Assembly: GCA_048938855.1 (NCBI GenBank)
Contig: JBHLLT010000002.1
Span: forward strand, 256,001-320,000
Source of the DNA: Promethearchaeota archaeon
Lineage (GTDB): Archaea; Asgardarchaeota; Lokiarchaeia; Sigyniarchaeales; SOKP01
Length of the DNA: 64,000 nt
Reading direction: 5' to 3'
Made by a program: the position numbers and the translations under genes. Shown here piece by piece: positions 28,803 to 37,934 of this stretch; position 1 is the stretch's first letter; the number at the start of each line of letters is the position of its first letter. Below the pieces are notes generated by a model, which was not told the DNA's origin, made no database searches, and worked only from the letters and a program-made list of their open reading frames with translations.

Positions 28803-29159
28803 GTGATAATTAATATTAAAAAAGTAAAATTAACAATTTTTGCTCCAGATCCTGAAAAAAAATTATCAAATGGGCTTGAAAACAATATAGTTATAAATGA
28901 TAATGGAACAATCATTGATGCATTAACCACTTTGGATAAAAAGACTTATAATGATCCCAACTCTTCTATTTTTCCAATTTATAAAGGTTTAATTCACAGC
29001 TACCTTCAATTAATTTGGGATGCGGAGGATAATGCCATTTACGATGATTGCGCTGTCAATGCTTATGGCCCAAATAAAGAATTCATGCCTTTACGTGAGG
29101 ATATCAATTTTAACTTATATCCTAATAGTGAAATTACAATAGTTGTCCACGCTGATTGA
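28803..29159 (+). CDS. Beta-grasp-like hypothetical protein; possible selenoprotein extending to 29279
   Basis: TIIDAL helix and NLYPNSEITIV terminal strand resemble MoaD/ThiS fold; ends TGA-TGA with frame open for 38 more codons. Confidence 0.65.
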   Translation: MIINIKKVKLTIFAPDPEKKLSNGLENNIVINDNGTIIDALTTLDKKTYNDPNSSIFPIYKGLIHSYLQLIWDAEDNAIYDDCAVNAYGPNKEFMPLREDINFNLYPNSEITIVVHAD

Positions 29160-29530
29160 TGAGCTGATGTAATGAAAGAACGACCAGATTATGGAAAATT
29201 TAAGAGAGTAATAATGAAAACGTACGGAAAAAACCATGAATTATTTGCCCATTATTTTGAATTTCAGAGAAATTATTAAGAAATTGGATGATGCCTTTCA
29301 AAAAAAGCTAGTGAAAGGTTAACAATAGGATTGCTTCCTATAAGAAATAAATATATTTGACTCATTACCCAAGTGTTATAGGACTTTATTAATTCCAAAT
29401 AAAAATTTTAAAATAAATAATTAAGAAGCATTAAAAAGATTAAATTACTTCCAAATTTGTCTTAGATAAAAATAAATGTAAGGACTTTCTATAGAATCAT
29501 AAGGATAAAATAAAGTTCTATCACATAATT

Positions 29531-30745
29531 ATGGAATCAATTCCTAGAGATACTAAAAAAGAAAGAGATACTAAAAATGAAGAACATTTAGTTGTCTACA
29601 CTAAACATCTTGAAAAAAGGCTTCGAAATCTTGAAAGTGAAATAAGTTTATTAGAAACTGAAAGGAGAAACTTGGAACAAGAATTAAATGTTCTGCGAAA
29701 TGATTTTGATCAAATTAGAAAGCCCGCCTTAATGCATGCCACCGTAATCGATGTCTTAGATGATAGAAATGAAAGAATAATTGTAAATAGTTCTTCTGGA
29801 CCTAGTTTTGTAGTAAACGTAAGTAATAACCTAAAATACGAAAAATTTACTCCGGGTTTGAGTGTAGCCTTGAATCAAAATACATTAAAAATAGTGGAAA
29901 TACTTCCAACAAATCTAGATCCCTTTGTTAAAGGAATGGAATTGAGTGATTCAATTCCAGATATTTCTTATGATGATATTGGTGGTTTGGAAGAACAAAT
30001 TCAAGAAGTTAAGGAAACGGTTGAAATACCACTAAAAAATCCAAATTTGTTTAGTAAAATAGGTATTGACCCTCCTAAAGGGGTATTATTCCATGGACCC
30101 CCTGGTACAGGTAAAACTTTATTAGCTAAAGCAGTTGCTCATGAAACAAATGCAACATTTATTAGGGTTATTAGTTCGGAACTAGTGCAAAAATTCATTG
30201 GAGAAGGTGCCCGTTATGTTAGAGAAATTTTTAATTTAGCGAGACAAAAAGCTCCAACAATATTATTTATTGATGAATTAGACGCAATTGCAGCTGAAAG
30301 AATGGACGATGCTACTTCTGGTGATAGAGAAGTTCAACGAACTCTAATGCAATTGATGGCGGAATTAGATGGATTTGATAATAGAGGCGACGTTAAATTT
30401 ATTGGTGCCACCAATAGAGCAGATATATTAGATCCTGCTTTATTAAGACCTGGACGTTTTGATAGAATAGTTGAATTTCCCATTCCAAATGAAAAGGCTA
30501 GAAAAGCAATCTTTGAAATTCATATGAAATCATTAAATATTCAGGATGATGTAAACTTGAACGTTCTAGTTGAAATCACTGGTGAAGCTACTGGTGCAGA
30601 TATTAAAGCCATTTGTACTGAAGCTGGAATGTTTGCTATCAGAAGAGATGCTGATATTATATCAAAAGAAGATTTTACTAATGCGATACAAAAAGTTATG
30701 AAGATAGAAAAAGGTAGATCATCAATACCAGAATTTTTTGTATAA
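29531..30745 (+). CDS. pan: Proteasome-activating nucleotidase
   Basis: Coiled coil + OB, GPPGTGKT, ELVQKFIGEGAR, FIDELD, DREVQRT, LLRPGRFDR. Confidence 0.95.
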   Translation: MESIPRDTKKERDTKNEEHLVVYTKHLEKRLRNLESEISLLETERRNLEQELNVLRNDFDQIRKPALMHATVIDVLDDRNERIIVNSSSGPSFVVNVSNNLKYEKFTPGLSVALNQNTLKIVEILPTNLDPFVKGMELSDSIPDISYDDIGGLEEQIQEVKETVEIPLKNPNLFSKIGIDPPKGVLFHGPPGTGKTLLAKAVAHETNATFIRVISSELVQKFIGEGARYVREIFNLARQKAPTILFIDELDAIAAERMDDATSGDREVQRTLMQLMAELDGFDNRGDVKFIGATNRADILDPALLRPGRFDRIVEFPIPNEKARKAIFEIHMKSLNIQDDVNLNVLVEITGEATGADIKAICTEAGMFAIRRDADIISKEDFTNAIQKVMKIEKGRSSIPEFFV

Positions 30746-30845
30746 AAATTACTCTCAAACATCTTAAATCCAAAGTAACATATTAAATTAAAGTGTTTTT
30801 AAGAGATTAATTCAAAATTTCTCAAATTTTAAAAAAATTAATCTT

Positions 30846-31439
30846 ATGTTGGATGATAAAACTTTTACTTTAATTAGAGACTTTGCTATAAGGAATTCAG
30901 AAAAAGATGATATCCATGGATTTTCCCATGTTGAGAGAGTTTATGATTTATGTCTTAAATTTGGTAAGATTTTAAAAGCAAATTTAAAAATACTACAAAT
31001 TGCGGCTCTTCTTCATGATATTGGTAGAATACATGAAAACTCTACAATTAAAAATAAAGAAAATCATGCCGAATTATCTGCTAAAATTGCTAATGAGTTT
31101 TTAATTTCACTTGATGTTTCACTTTCTCAAGAAGAGAGCAGGCATATAATCCATTGTATCAGATCGCATTCTTTCTCAAATAAATCAAATCCTCAAACTC
31201 TCGAAGCAAAAATATTATCCGATGTTGATAAGTTAGATGCTCTTGGTGCAATTGGCTTGTACAGAACTATTGGATTTACAGTAAAAAAAGATGGTGGGCT
31301 AGATCAAGTAATCGAGCATTTAGAGAATAAAATAATGAAGCTAAAAAATCAATTGCAATTAGATATTTCTAAAGATATGGCTCAAGAACGTGAAAAAATT
31401 ATATATGATTTTTATCAAAAAATATTGAAGCAAAAATAA
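30846..31439 (+). CDS. HD domain phosphohydrolase
   Basis: HGFSHVERV, LLHDIG, SDVDKLDALGAIG. Confidence 0.9.
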   Translation: MLDDKTFTLIRDFAIRNSEKDDIHGFSHVERVYDLCLKFGKILKANLKILQIAALLHDIGRIHENSTIKNKENHAELSAKIANEFLISLDVSLSQEESRHIIHCIRSHSFSNKSNPQTLEAKILSDVDKLDALGAIGLYRTIGFTVKKDGGLDQVIEHLENKIMKLKNQLQLDISKDMAQEREKIIYDFYQKILKQK

Positions 31440-31543
31440 ATTTGAAATGAATTGTTAATAAATGTTTATGAACCATTAGCAATTAATGGATTTAATTCTG
31501 AGACAATATGTGATTGCATCATCACAAACACATAGAAAAAACA

Positions 31544-31951
31544 TTATTTTAAGGATGATATTTGCTTATATTGATCTTCTGAGACCTTATTTTTTACTAC
31601 TTCAAAAAGCTCTAGAAGTACATTATCGGGAGCTGCCGCCATAATATATTTCAAAGGACCAAAATCCTTTATCTTTTTAATGAATTGAAACCCTTTATCT
31701 TTCATATGTATTACTAGAGCTTCTAAATTATCAGTCTCAATACCCAAATGATGAATAGCACCCCTTCCTTGGTCTTTAGGAGCTTGATCATAAAAATTAA
31801 TTTTCGAACTTCCAATTGAAATCATTACATTTCTAGCTCCTGCCATTTTTAAATCAAATAATATTTCAGCCCCAAACATATCCTGATAAAATTTAATGCT
31901 AGTATCAAGGTTTGAAGCAAATAAATGCGCATGATGGAGTGTTGTTTTCAT
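31544..31951 (-). CDS. VOC (glyoxalase/bleomycin resistance) family protein
   Basis: LHHAHL..SIKFY, IHHLGI, PDNVLLELFE. Confidence 0.9.
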   Translation of the reverse strand: MKTTLHHAHLFASNLDTSIKFYQDMFGAEILFDLKMAGARNVMISIGSSKINFYDQAPKDQGRGAIHHLGIETDNLEALVIHMKDKGFQFIKKIKDFGPLKYIMAAAPDNVLLELFEVVKNKVSEDQYKQISSLK

Positions 31952-32019
31952 AAATTTTCCCTCTCAAACTTGTGAAATTAATGATATAAATACAAATGCA
32001 AGAAATTTAAAAAGTTATT

Positions 32020-33054
32020 TTAATATCGTTTCATTTTTTTTGGATATGCTTGAAAAGGAGTACGTGGTTCTTCAGAAATCCATTCTACATCTTTGTTTAT
32101 CTTGGAGAGTGATCTTAATAAATCAAAAGTTAACCAACGTGTAACTTGAGGGTGTTTTAAATAGTCCCATAACCCATATTTTCCTTGTTCAGATTTTATA
32201 AATGTAATAAGTTCATAAATCCTTTCATCATCAGTACTAACTCCGACTCTCCAACATAGATTTAATATGTGAGCAATATCAAATTTTGCCATAAAAGTTA
32301 TTCGTCCGATAGAACTTTCTAACCCAATAAGACGCGCAATCATAAAACCAAGATCAATTCTTATTTTAGATGTTGTCCCAAGTATGAGATCTAGAGCTCG
32401 TTTTGCCTCATTACTTTGACAACGCTTGGGATGATAAACAAAACAGCTAAGAACAGCTGTTGTACTTGATCGACAACCCCACCTTGAATGTGCAAGACGA
32501 CGATAACCTGCTATTCCTCCATAATTTCCTGCAGATATCCCTACAGGCCATGCGCCATCATCTAAGCGCTGCTCCAATAACCATTCAAATGCATTCTCAG
32601 TTCTATCATCCTTAGAATATCCACACATAACCAATCCTAAGAGTGGAATAGCGGTTTGAATAGGCATGATTTGGTATCCAATTTCTTCATCAGTTAACTC
32701 TTTCTTACCAGGCATTGGCCAAGAGCCATCTTCTTGCTGTTTTGAGAAAATAAATTCTGCTGCATTTTGCACCAATAAATAAGAAGAATCAAATCCGAGG
32801 TAACCAAGTCTTTGTAAAGCCATAGACGTTAATTGAATATTATCTTCATAAGTTATTTGAGTATTACCAAGAGAATCCCATGCTCCATTAGGTTTTTGAA
32901 GCTCGGATAAATTCTTTACAAGTTGATCTGATTCTCTAATTTCTGATAATTCTTGAACTTCTTCATCGTTCTTTTTAAGATTTAACAATTCAGTTAGAAC
33001 TAAATACCTTAAACAAGGTGAAGGATCAGTTAATAATAGTGGAATCCATGTCAC
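32020..33054 (-). CDS. Prenyltransferase/squalene cyclase QW-repeat alpha-barrel protein
   Basis: QKPNGAW, QQEDGSW, QRLDDGAW, QGKYGLW; no DxDD; start overlaps the upstream stop (GTGA). Confidence 0.8.
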   Translation of the reverse strand: MTWIPLLLTDPSPCLRYLVLTELLNLKKNDEEVQELSEIRESDQLVKNLSELQKPNGAWDSLGNTQITYEDNIQLTSMALQRLGYLGFDSSYLLVQNAAEFIFSKQQEDGSWPMPGKKELTDEEIGYQIMPIQTAIPLLGLVMCGYSKDDRTENAFEWLLEQRLDDGAWPVGISAGNYGGIAGYRRLAHSRWGCRSSTTAVLSCFVYHPKRCQSNEAKRALDLILGTTSKIRIDLGFMIARLIGLESSIGRITFMAKFDIAHILNLCWRVGVSTDDERIYELITFIKSEQGKYGLWDYLKHPQVTRWLTFDLLRSLSKINKDVEWISEEPRTPFQAYPKKMKRY

Positions 33055-36000
33055 ATTTCTCCCTCCAAAACTTTTTTAATATATGGTGCTATTGGTGTAT
33101 TTCGTTTCGCTATTTCTTCAGGAGGCCCTTTTGAAATAACCCGACCTCCTTTTGGTCCTGCACCAGGCCCTAGCTCTATAATCCAATCACATGATGCCAA
33201 GACATGAGGATGATGCTCAATAACTAATACTGTATGACCATTGTCAACCAAAAGTTGAAGAACATTAATTAAATTAGATATATCTTCTAAATGCTGACCA
33301 ATAGTTGGTTCATCTAAGATGTACAAGGTTTTTTTAATGGAGCTCTTAGATAATTCTTTTACTATCTTAAGTCTTTGAGCTTCACCACCAGAAAGTGTTC
33401 GGGCAGGTTGATTAAATCGCAAATATCCTAAACCTACTTTTTTAGCATAATCTAATTTTAATGAGATTGTCTTGAATTCTCTAAAAACATCATATGCTTC
33501 TTCTATTGTTAAATTATTTACTTGAGGTAAGGATACATCTTTAAAGTAAACTTGCCAAGCTTCAGCTTGATAACCCGATCCCTTGCAAATCTCACATGTT
33601 TCAATGATATCAGGAAGAAATCTCATATCAATTTTAATATAACCACGTCCCTTACAGATAGAGCATCTTTTAGCTAACTTCTTATAATCTAAACCTAGAT
33701 TTATAGCATCTTCAGTTCCTGCAAAGAGTTGTGTAATTAAACGATCTAATCCTAAAAATTTTAAAGGACTTCCTATCTTTTTTTTTGTTTGATCTATAAT
33801 TATAGTTTTAGACATTGCATTTTCAATTTTTTCGTATTTCCCAGGATCAACAGGTTCACGAGATACCGAGGTAGTATGCTTTATAGGAACTAATGCTCTA
33901 CCCAGTGTATCAATAATTAGTGTACTTTTTCCTGAACCTGAAACACCACATAGTCCTACCAATAAGCCATGAGGGATTTCAATTAGATCTCCTTTCAAAT
34001 TATTTTCTGTAGCACCATAGATTTTTAGCCATCTTTTTGGTTTTCGAGCTTTTCTAGATAATTTAAATTTCTTTTTTCCATTTAACCAATTTCCAGTTAT
34101 AGTATTAGATTTCTTTATTTCTTCTATAGTGCCTTTTGCTACTATTTTACCCCCATTTATTCCCGCTCCAGGGCCCATATCAATAATATAATCAGCTAAT
34201 TCCATAAACAATGGATCATGCTCAATAATGATAATATTATTACCCATATCACGTAATTTCATTAATATATCTAATAATGCTTGAAGTTCAGATGGATGTA
34301 AACCTCTTGAGGGTTCATCAAGTAAAACTGTTAATGATGATAATTCACTACCTAATAGTCCGGCCAATCGAATTCTTTGAGCCTCTCCAGCAGAAAGGCT
34401 TTCAGCAACACGATTTAAATTTATATATCCTAATCCTGTTTTAATTAAAAACTCCAATCGAACTAATATGATCTTTAGACTATTTTTTACAAACTGAGGA
34501 ACGTCATCCTCCATCCTAATATCCTTCAATAATGCATAGAGTTCATTTAGTGGTAGTTCACTCATTTGAAATATATTATATCCACCTATAGAAATCGCTA
34601 AATATTGATGACGCAATTTTGTTCCATTACATTGATCGCATATTTTTTTATCTGTATAAGTACCTCCCACATCCCAATCTCTTAACCAATGTTCATAAAA
34701 GCCTTGATATACAATTGTTCTTCTCGTAACTTGTCCCTTTTTATTCTCAAATTCTACATGCAATGGATTTTTATCTCCAAATAAAAATGCTTTTTGTGCT
34801 TCTTCTGTCATATTATTCCAAGCTGTAGAAAAAGGATCAAAAGAATAACGAGCGGCTAATGCTTGAACTATATAATAACCACCATTATGTGGTTTACATA
34901 GAAAACCTTTTGGAAAAAATCCTGGAGAATACATAGCGCCACTGCATAAAGGTTTTTCAGGATAAATTATTAGTTTTTTAGGATTGGGTACTTGAAATGA
35001 GCCTACTCCATGACATTTAAGGCAAGCTGCAGAATAATTGGTAGAAATGAAATGTCTTGGTTTCGCAAGAGGCGATTCAAAATTGCAATTGCTACAATAC
35101 CACCTTTCTTTCCGCTCCATAATCTGGTTACATTTAGGACAAAACTTATCTCCCATATAAGAAAATATATTGGCTAAATGAAGGGTCATATCAGTGATTC
35201 GTCCTATATTATTTCGAACGTTGAAAAACCACCCTTGGATAATTTTTTCTGGGATAATTAATGCGGTAATACCTAAACCTTGAATATTTTCTACTAATGC
35301 TTCAGTGCTTTCTTTTGTACTTTGTCTCTCATACATTGATAATGTTTCTAAATATCTACGTCTAGCTTCTGTTTCAAGAGTATCTATAATCAAACTTGAT
35401 TTACCTGAGCCAGAGACTCCTGTAATTACGATAAATTTATTCTTTGGTATTTTAACACTCACATTCTTTAAGTTATGGATATGAGCGTTTTGAATAATTA
35501 TACTTTCTGAACTTTTAGGCTTTATTCTTTCTTTTTTAGTAGAAGGAAAAAATTTCTCTTCAGATTTTAAAGCTTGAGCTGTAAGAGATTCGTCTATATT
35601 TATAAATTCATTTAAAGGACCTTGATACATTATATTTCCGCCATTAGGTCCTGACCCTGGACCAAGATCTACAACCCAATCAGCAGCTTTAATTATATCT
35701 ATATTATGTTCTATTATAACAATGGTCGCTCCAGCTTGAATCAATTTATTTAAGATTATTAATAAACCGGCCAAATCTTGAGGGTGTAATCCTGTCGAAG
35801 GCTCATCAAGTATAATTAATTGATCTTTCAGAGAATTCTTACCAAGATATTTGGTTAGTTTAATTCGTTGAGCTTCGCCCCCCGATAATGTTGGAGAGGG
35901 TTGGCCCAAAGAAAGATATCCTAATCCGATCTCATTAAGTGTGTTTAACATATGCTTTACAGAATTAAGATCTCCAACAGATAATCTCGTTTCAGTTTCA

Positions 36001-37922
36001 AATATTTTTCCAATATCTGAAATTGGAAGATCATAGAATTCAGCAATAGAAAGGTTTTTATCTCCAAATTTAACCTTTTCAGCAAGTATCTCTTCAGAAA
36101 ATCTTTGACCATTACAATCTGGACAAATAATCCAATTAGATGGTAAAAATCTCATTTTGATCTCAAGAGCACCCATTCCATTACACGTGGGACATTGTCC
36201 TTCTGGTGTATTGAATGAATAATAGGTAGGTTTAAATCTAGTAGCTTTACCAAACAATTTTCTGATATTATCAGCAAGCTTAGTATAAGTAGCAGGATTT
36301 GATCTGGGATTTTTCCCTATAGGTCCTTGATCTACTATAATGGACTTCACATTTGGATTATTAATTTTATCACAACCTATAGGTTTTTTCTGTTTTAGTG
36401 TAGCAAATAATACTTCTTCTAGTAATGTACTCTTACCTGAGCCAGATACGCCTGTAATAACAGTTAAATGGTTTAAAGGAATTTTAACGTTAATATTTTT
36501 CAAGTTATGCATGTGGGCATTTTCAATTGTTATAAATGATTGAGGCGCAGTTCTATGTTTAGGTATTTTCACTTTTTCTCTTAGACTAAAGAATTTACCT
36601 GTAGGCGTATCTGCTTTCCATAACTCCGCGGGGTTTCCTGTAAAAATAATTCTACCTCCCTCGTTTCCTGCACCCGGGCCAATATCAATAGCAAAATCTG
36701 CATGCATAGCAGCTTGACGGTCATGTTCAATATAAATTACTGGACCAACAAAGTTCTGAAGTACAGGTAATAATCTTGCAACATCAGCGGGATGTTGACC
36801 TATTGTGGGTTCATCAAGTATGTGAGTAATATCTTCTAATTCACTCAGTAAAGCAATAGCGAGCTGGACTCTTTGAGATTCACCTCTTGATAAAGTTGGA
36901 GACACTCGATCTAGTGTTAAGTAATCCAACCCTACCGAATTTAATGCTATTAGACGTCTCTTTATTTCATGTAATATTCTAATTGTAATAGGTAATTCTT
37001 CATTTGAAAAATAAGCGATTAATTCACCTACAGATTTCTTGAGTATTTCAGGAAATAACAATCCCTCCCAAGTAACATTAGATGCAATTGGATAATACCC
37101 TGTTTCATTACAAATCTTACACCCCTTTCCATTACAATGTGGGCAATTCTTATTAAAATACTTAGGTTCTAGCTCCCCAAACCAAGTACCACATTCAACA
37201 CATGCAGGTATCCGAGAGATGAGAGAATTTATCGGCTTACCTTCAATTATTAATGAATTCGCATTTAAAGAAGAAGCATATTGAACAATAGCTCTAATCT
37301 CATCAATATTACTATCTTTATTTACTTGTCCAATTTGAATTTGAATATCATGTGATTCTTTTGAATTTAATTCCTTCGATAATGATTTTCCATCGACAGT
37401 TATGGCTTCAGGGCCAAACTCTTTTTTTAAAAGCTTAATCAAGGTTCGATGACTCCCTTGTACTTTTTTCATCAATAAAGCAGATATTTTCAATGGCTCT
37501 TTTTTCTTTAAAGCATCTAATTTAGCAACAATTTCATCTTCTTTTAAGAAAGTAAGCTTATTCCCGCAAATATGACATTTTCTTTCACCAAATCTAGAAT
37601 ACAAGATTTTCAATAGAGGAATAAGACCAACCGCAGATGCTAAAATGGAATTAGGGTTTCGGTTTAATACATTCTGACTAAGTGCTACTGTAGGTCCTAA
37701 ACCTGAGATGGAATTAATTTTAGCAGGATTCAATTTCAGATCATCTTTGCTGACTGAAAATGCTTCTAAAAATCTACGTCGCGCTTCCTTGTATAATGTG
37801 TCAAAAATAAGAGAAGTTTTTCCTGATCCAGAAACTCCCGTAACTACTGTGAGTCCATCCTTTATATCTACATCGATGTTTTTTAAATTATTTTCCTGTG
37901 CTCCACGAATTTTAATTTGCAT
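33051..37922 (-). CDS. uvrA: Tandem-duplicated UvrA-like ABC ATPase (four NBDs)
   Basis: Four GVSGSGK Walker A motifs, signatures LSRGE/LSGGE/LSAGE/LSGGE, four LDEP, multiple CxxC zinc modules. Confidence 0.9.
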   Translation of the reverse strand: MQIKIRGAQENNLKNIDVDIKDGLTVVTGVSGSGKTSLIFDTLYKEARRRFLEAFSVSKDDLKLNPAKINSISGLGPTVALSQNVLNRNPNSILASAVGLIPLLKILYSRFGERKCHICGNKLTFLKEDEIVAKLDALKKKEPLKISALLMKKVQGSHRTLIKLLKKEFGPEAITVDGKSLSKELNSKESHDIQIQIGQVNKDSNIDEIRAIVQYASSLNANSLIIEGKPINSLISRIPACVECGTWFGELEPKYFNKNCPHCNGKGCKICNETGYYPIASNVTWEGLLFPEILKKSVGELIAYFSNEELPITIRILHEIKRRLIALNSVGLDYLTLDRVSPTLSRGESQRVQLAIALLSELEDITHILDEPTIGQHPADVARLLPVLQNFVGPVIYIEHDRQAAMHADFAIDIGPGAGNEGGRIIFTGNPAELWKADTPTGKFFSLREKVKIPKHRTAPQSFITIENAHMHNLKNINVKIPLNHLTVITGVSGSGKSTLLEEVLFATLKQKKPIGCDKINNPNVKSIIVDQGPIGKNPRSNPATYTKLADNIRKLFGKATRFKPTYYSFNTPEGQCPTCNGMGALEIKMRFLPSNWIICPDCNGQRFSEEILAEKVKFGDKNLSIAEFYDLPISDIGKIFETETRLSVGDLNSVKHMLNTLNEIGLGYLSLGQPSPTLSGGEAQRIKLTKYLGKNSLKDQLIILDEPSTGLHPQDLAGLLIILNKLIQAGATIVIIEHNIDIIKAADWVVDLGPGSGPNGGNIMYQGPLNEFINIDESLTAQALKSEEKFFPSTKKERIKPKSSESIIIQNAHIHNLKNVSVKIPKNKFIVITGVSGSGKSSLIIDTLETEARRRYLETLSMYERQSTKESTEALVENIQGLGITALIIPEKIIQGWFFNVRNNIGRITDMTLHLANIFSYMGDKFCPKCNQIMERKERWYCSNCNFESPLAKPRHFISTNYSAACLKCHGVGSFQVPNPKKLIIYPEKPLCSGAMYSPGFFPKGFLCKPHNGGYYIVQALAARYSFDPFSTAWNNMTEEAQKAFLFGDKNPLHVEFENKKGQVTRRTIVYQGFYEHWLRDWDVGGTYTDKKICDQCNGTKLRHQYLAISIGGYNIFQMSELPLNELYALLKDIRMEDDVPQFVKNSLKIILVRLEFLIKTGLGYINLNRVAESLSAGEAQRIRLAGLLGSELSSLTVLLDEPSRGLHPSELQALLDILMKLRDMGNNIIIIEHDPLFMELADYIIDMGPGAGINGGKIVAKGTIEEIKKSNTITGNWLNGKKKFKLSRKARKPKRWLKIYGATENNLKGDLIEIPHGLLVGLCGVSGSGKSTLIIDTLGRALVPIKHTTSVSREPVDPGKYEKIENAMSKTIIIDQTKKKIGSPLKFLGLDRLITQLFAGTEDAINLGLDYKKLAKRCSICKGRGYIKIDMRFLPDIIETCEICKGSGYQAEAWQVYFKDVSLPQVNNLTIEEAYDVFREFKTISLKLDYAKKVGLGYLRFNQPARTLSGGEAQRLKIVKELSKSSIKKTLYILDEPTIGQHLEDISNLINVLQLLVDNGHTVLVIEHHPHVLASCDWIIELGPGAGPKGGRVISKGPPEEIAKRNTPIAPYIKKVLEGEM

Positions 37923-37934
37923 ATTTTAACAATA

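Noticed and set aside
32020-33054. Squalene/oxidosqualene cyclase implying hopanoid or sterol synthesis (tempting given SCP2 genes)
   Set aside because: Only one barrel (344 aa) and no DxDD/DCTAE motif.
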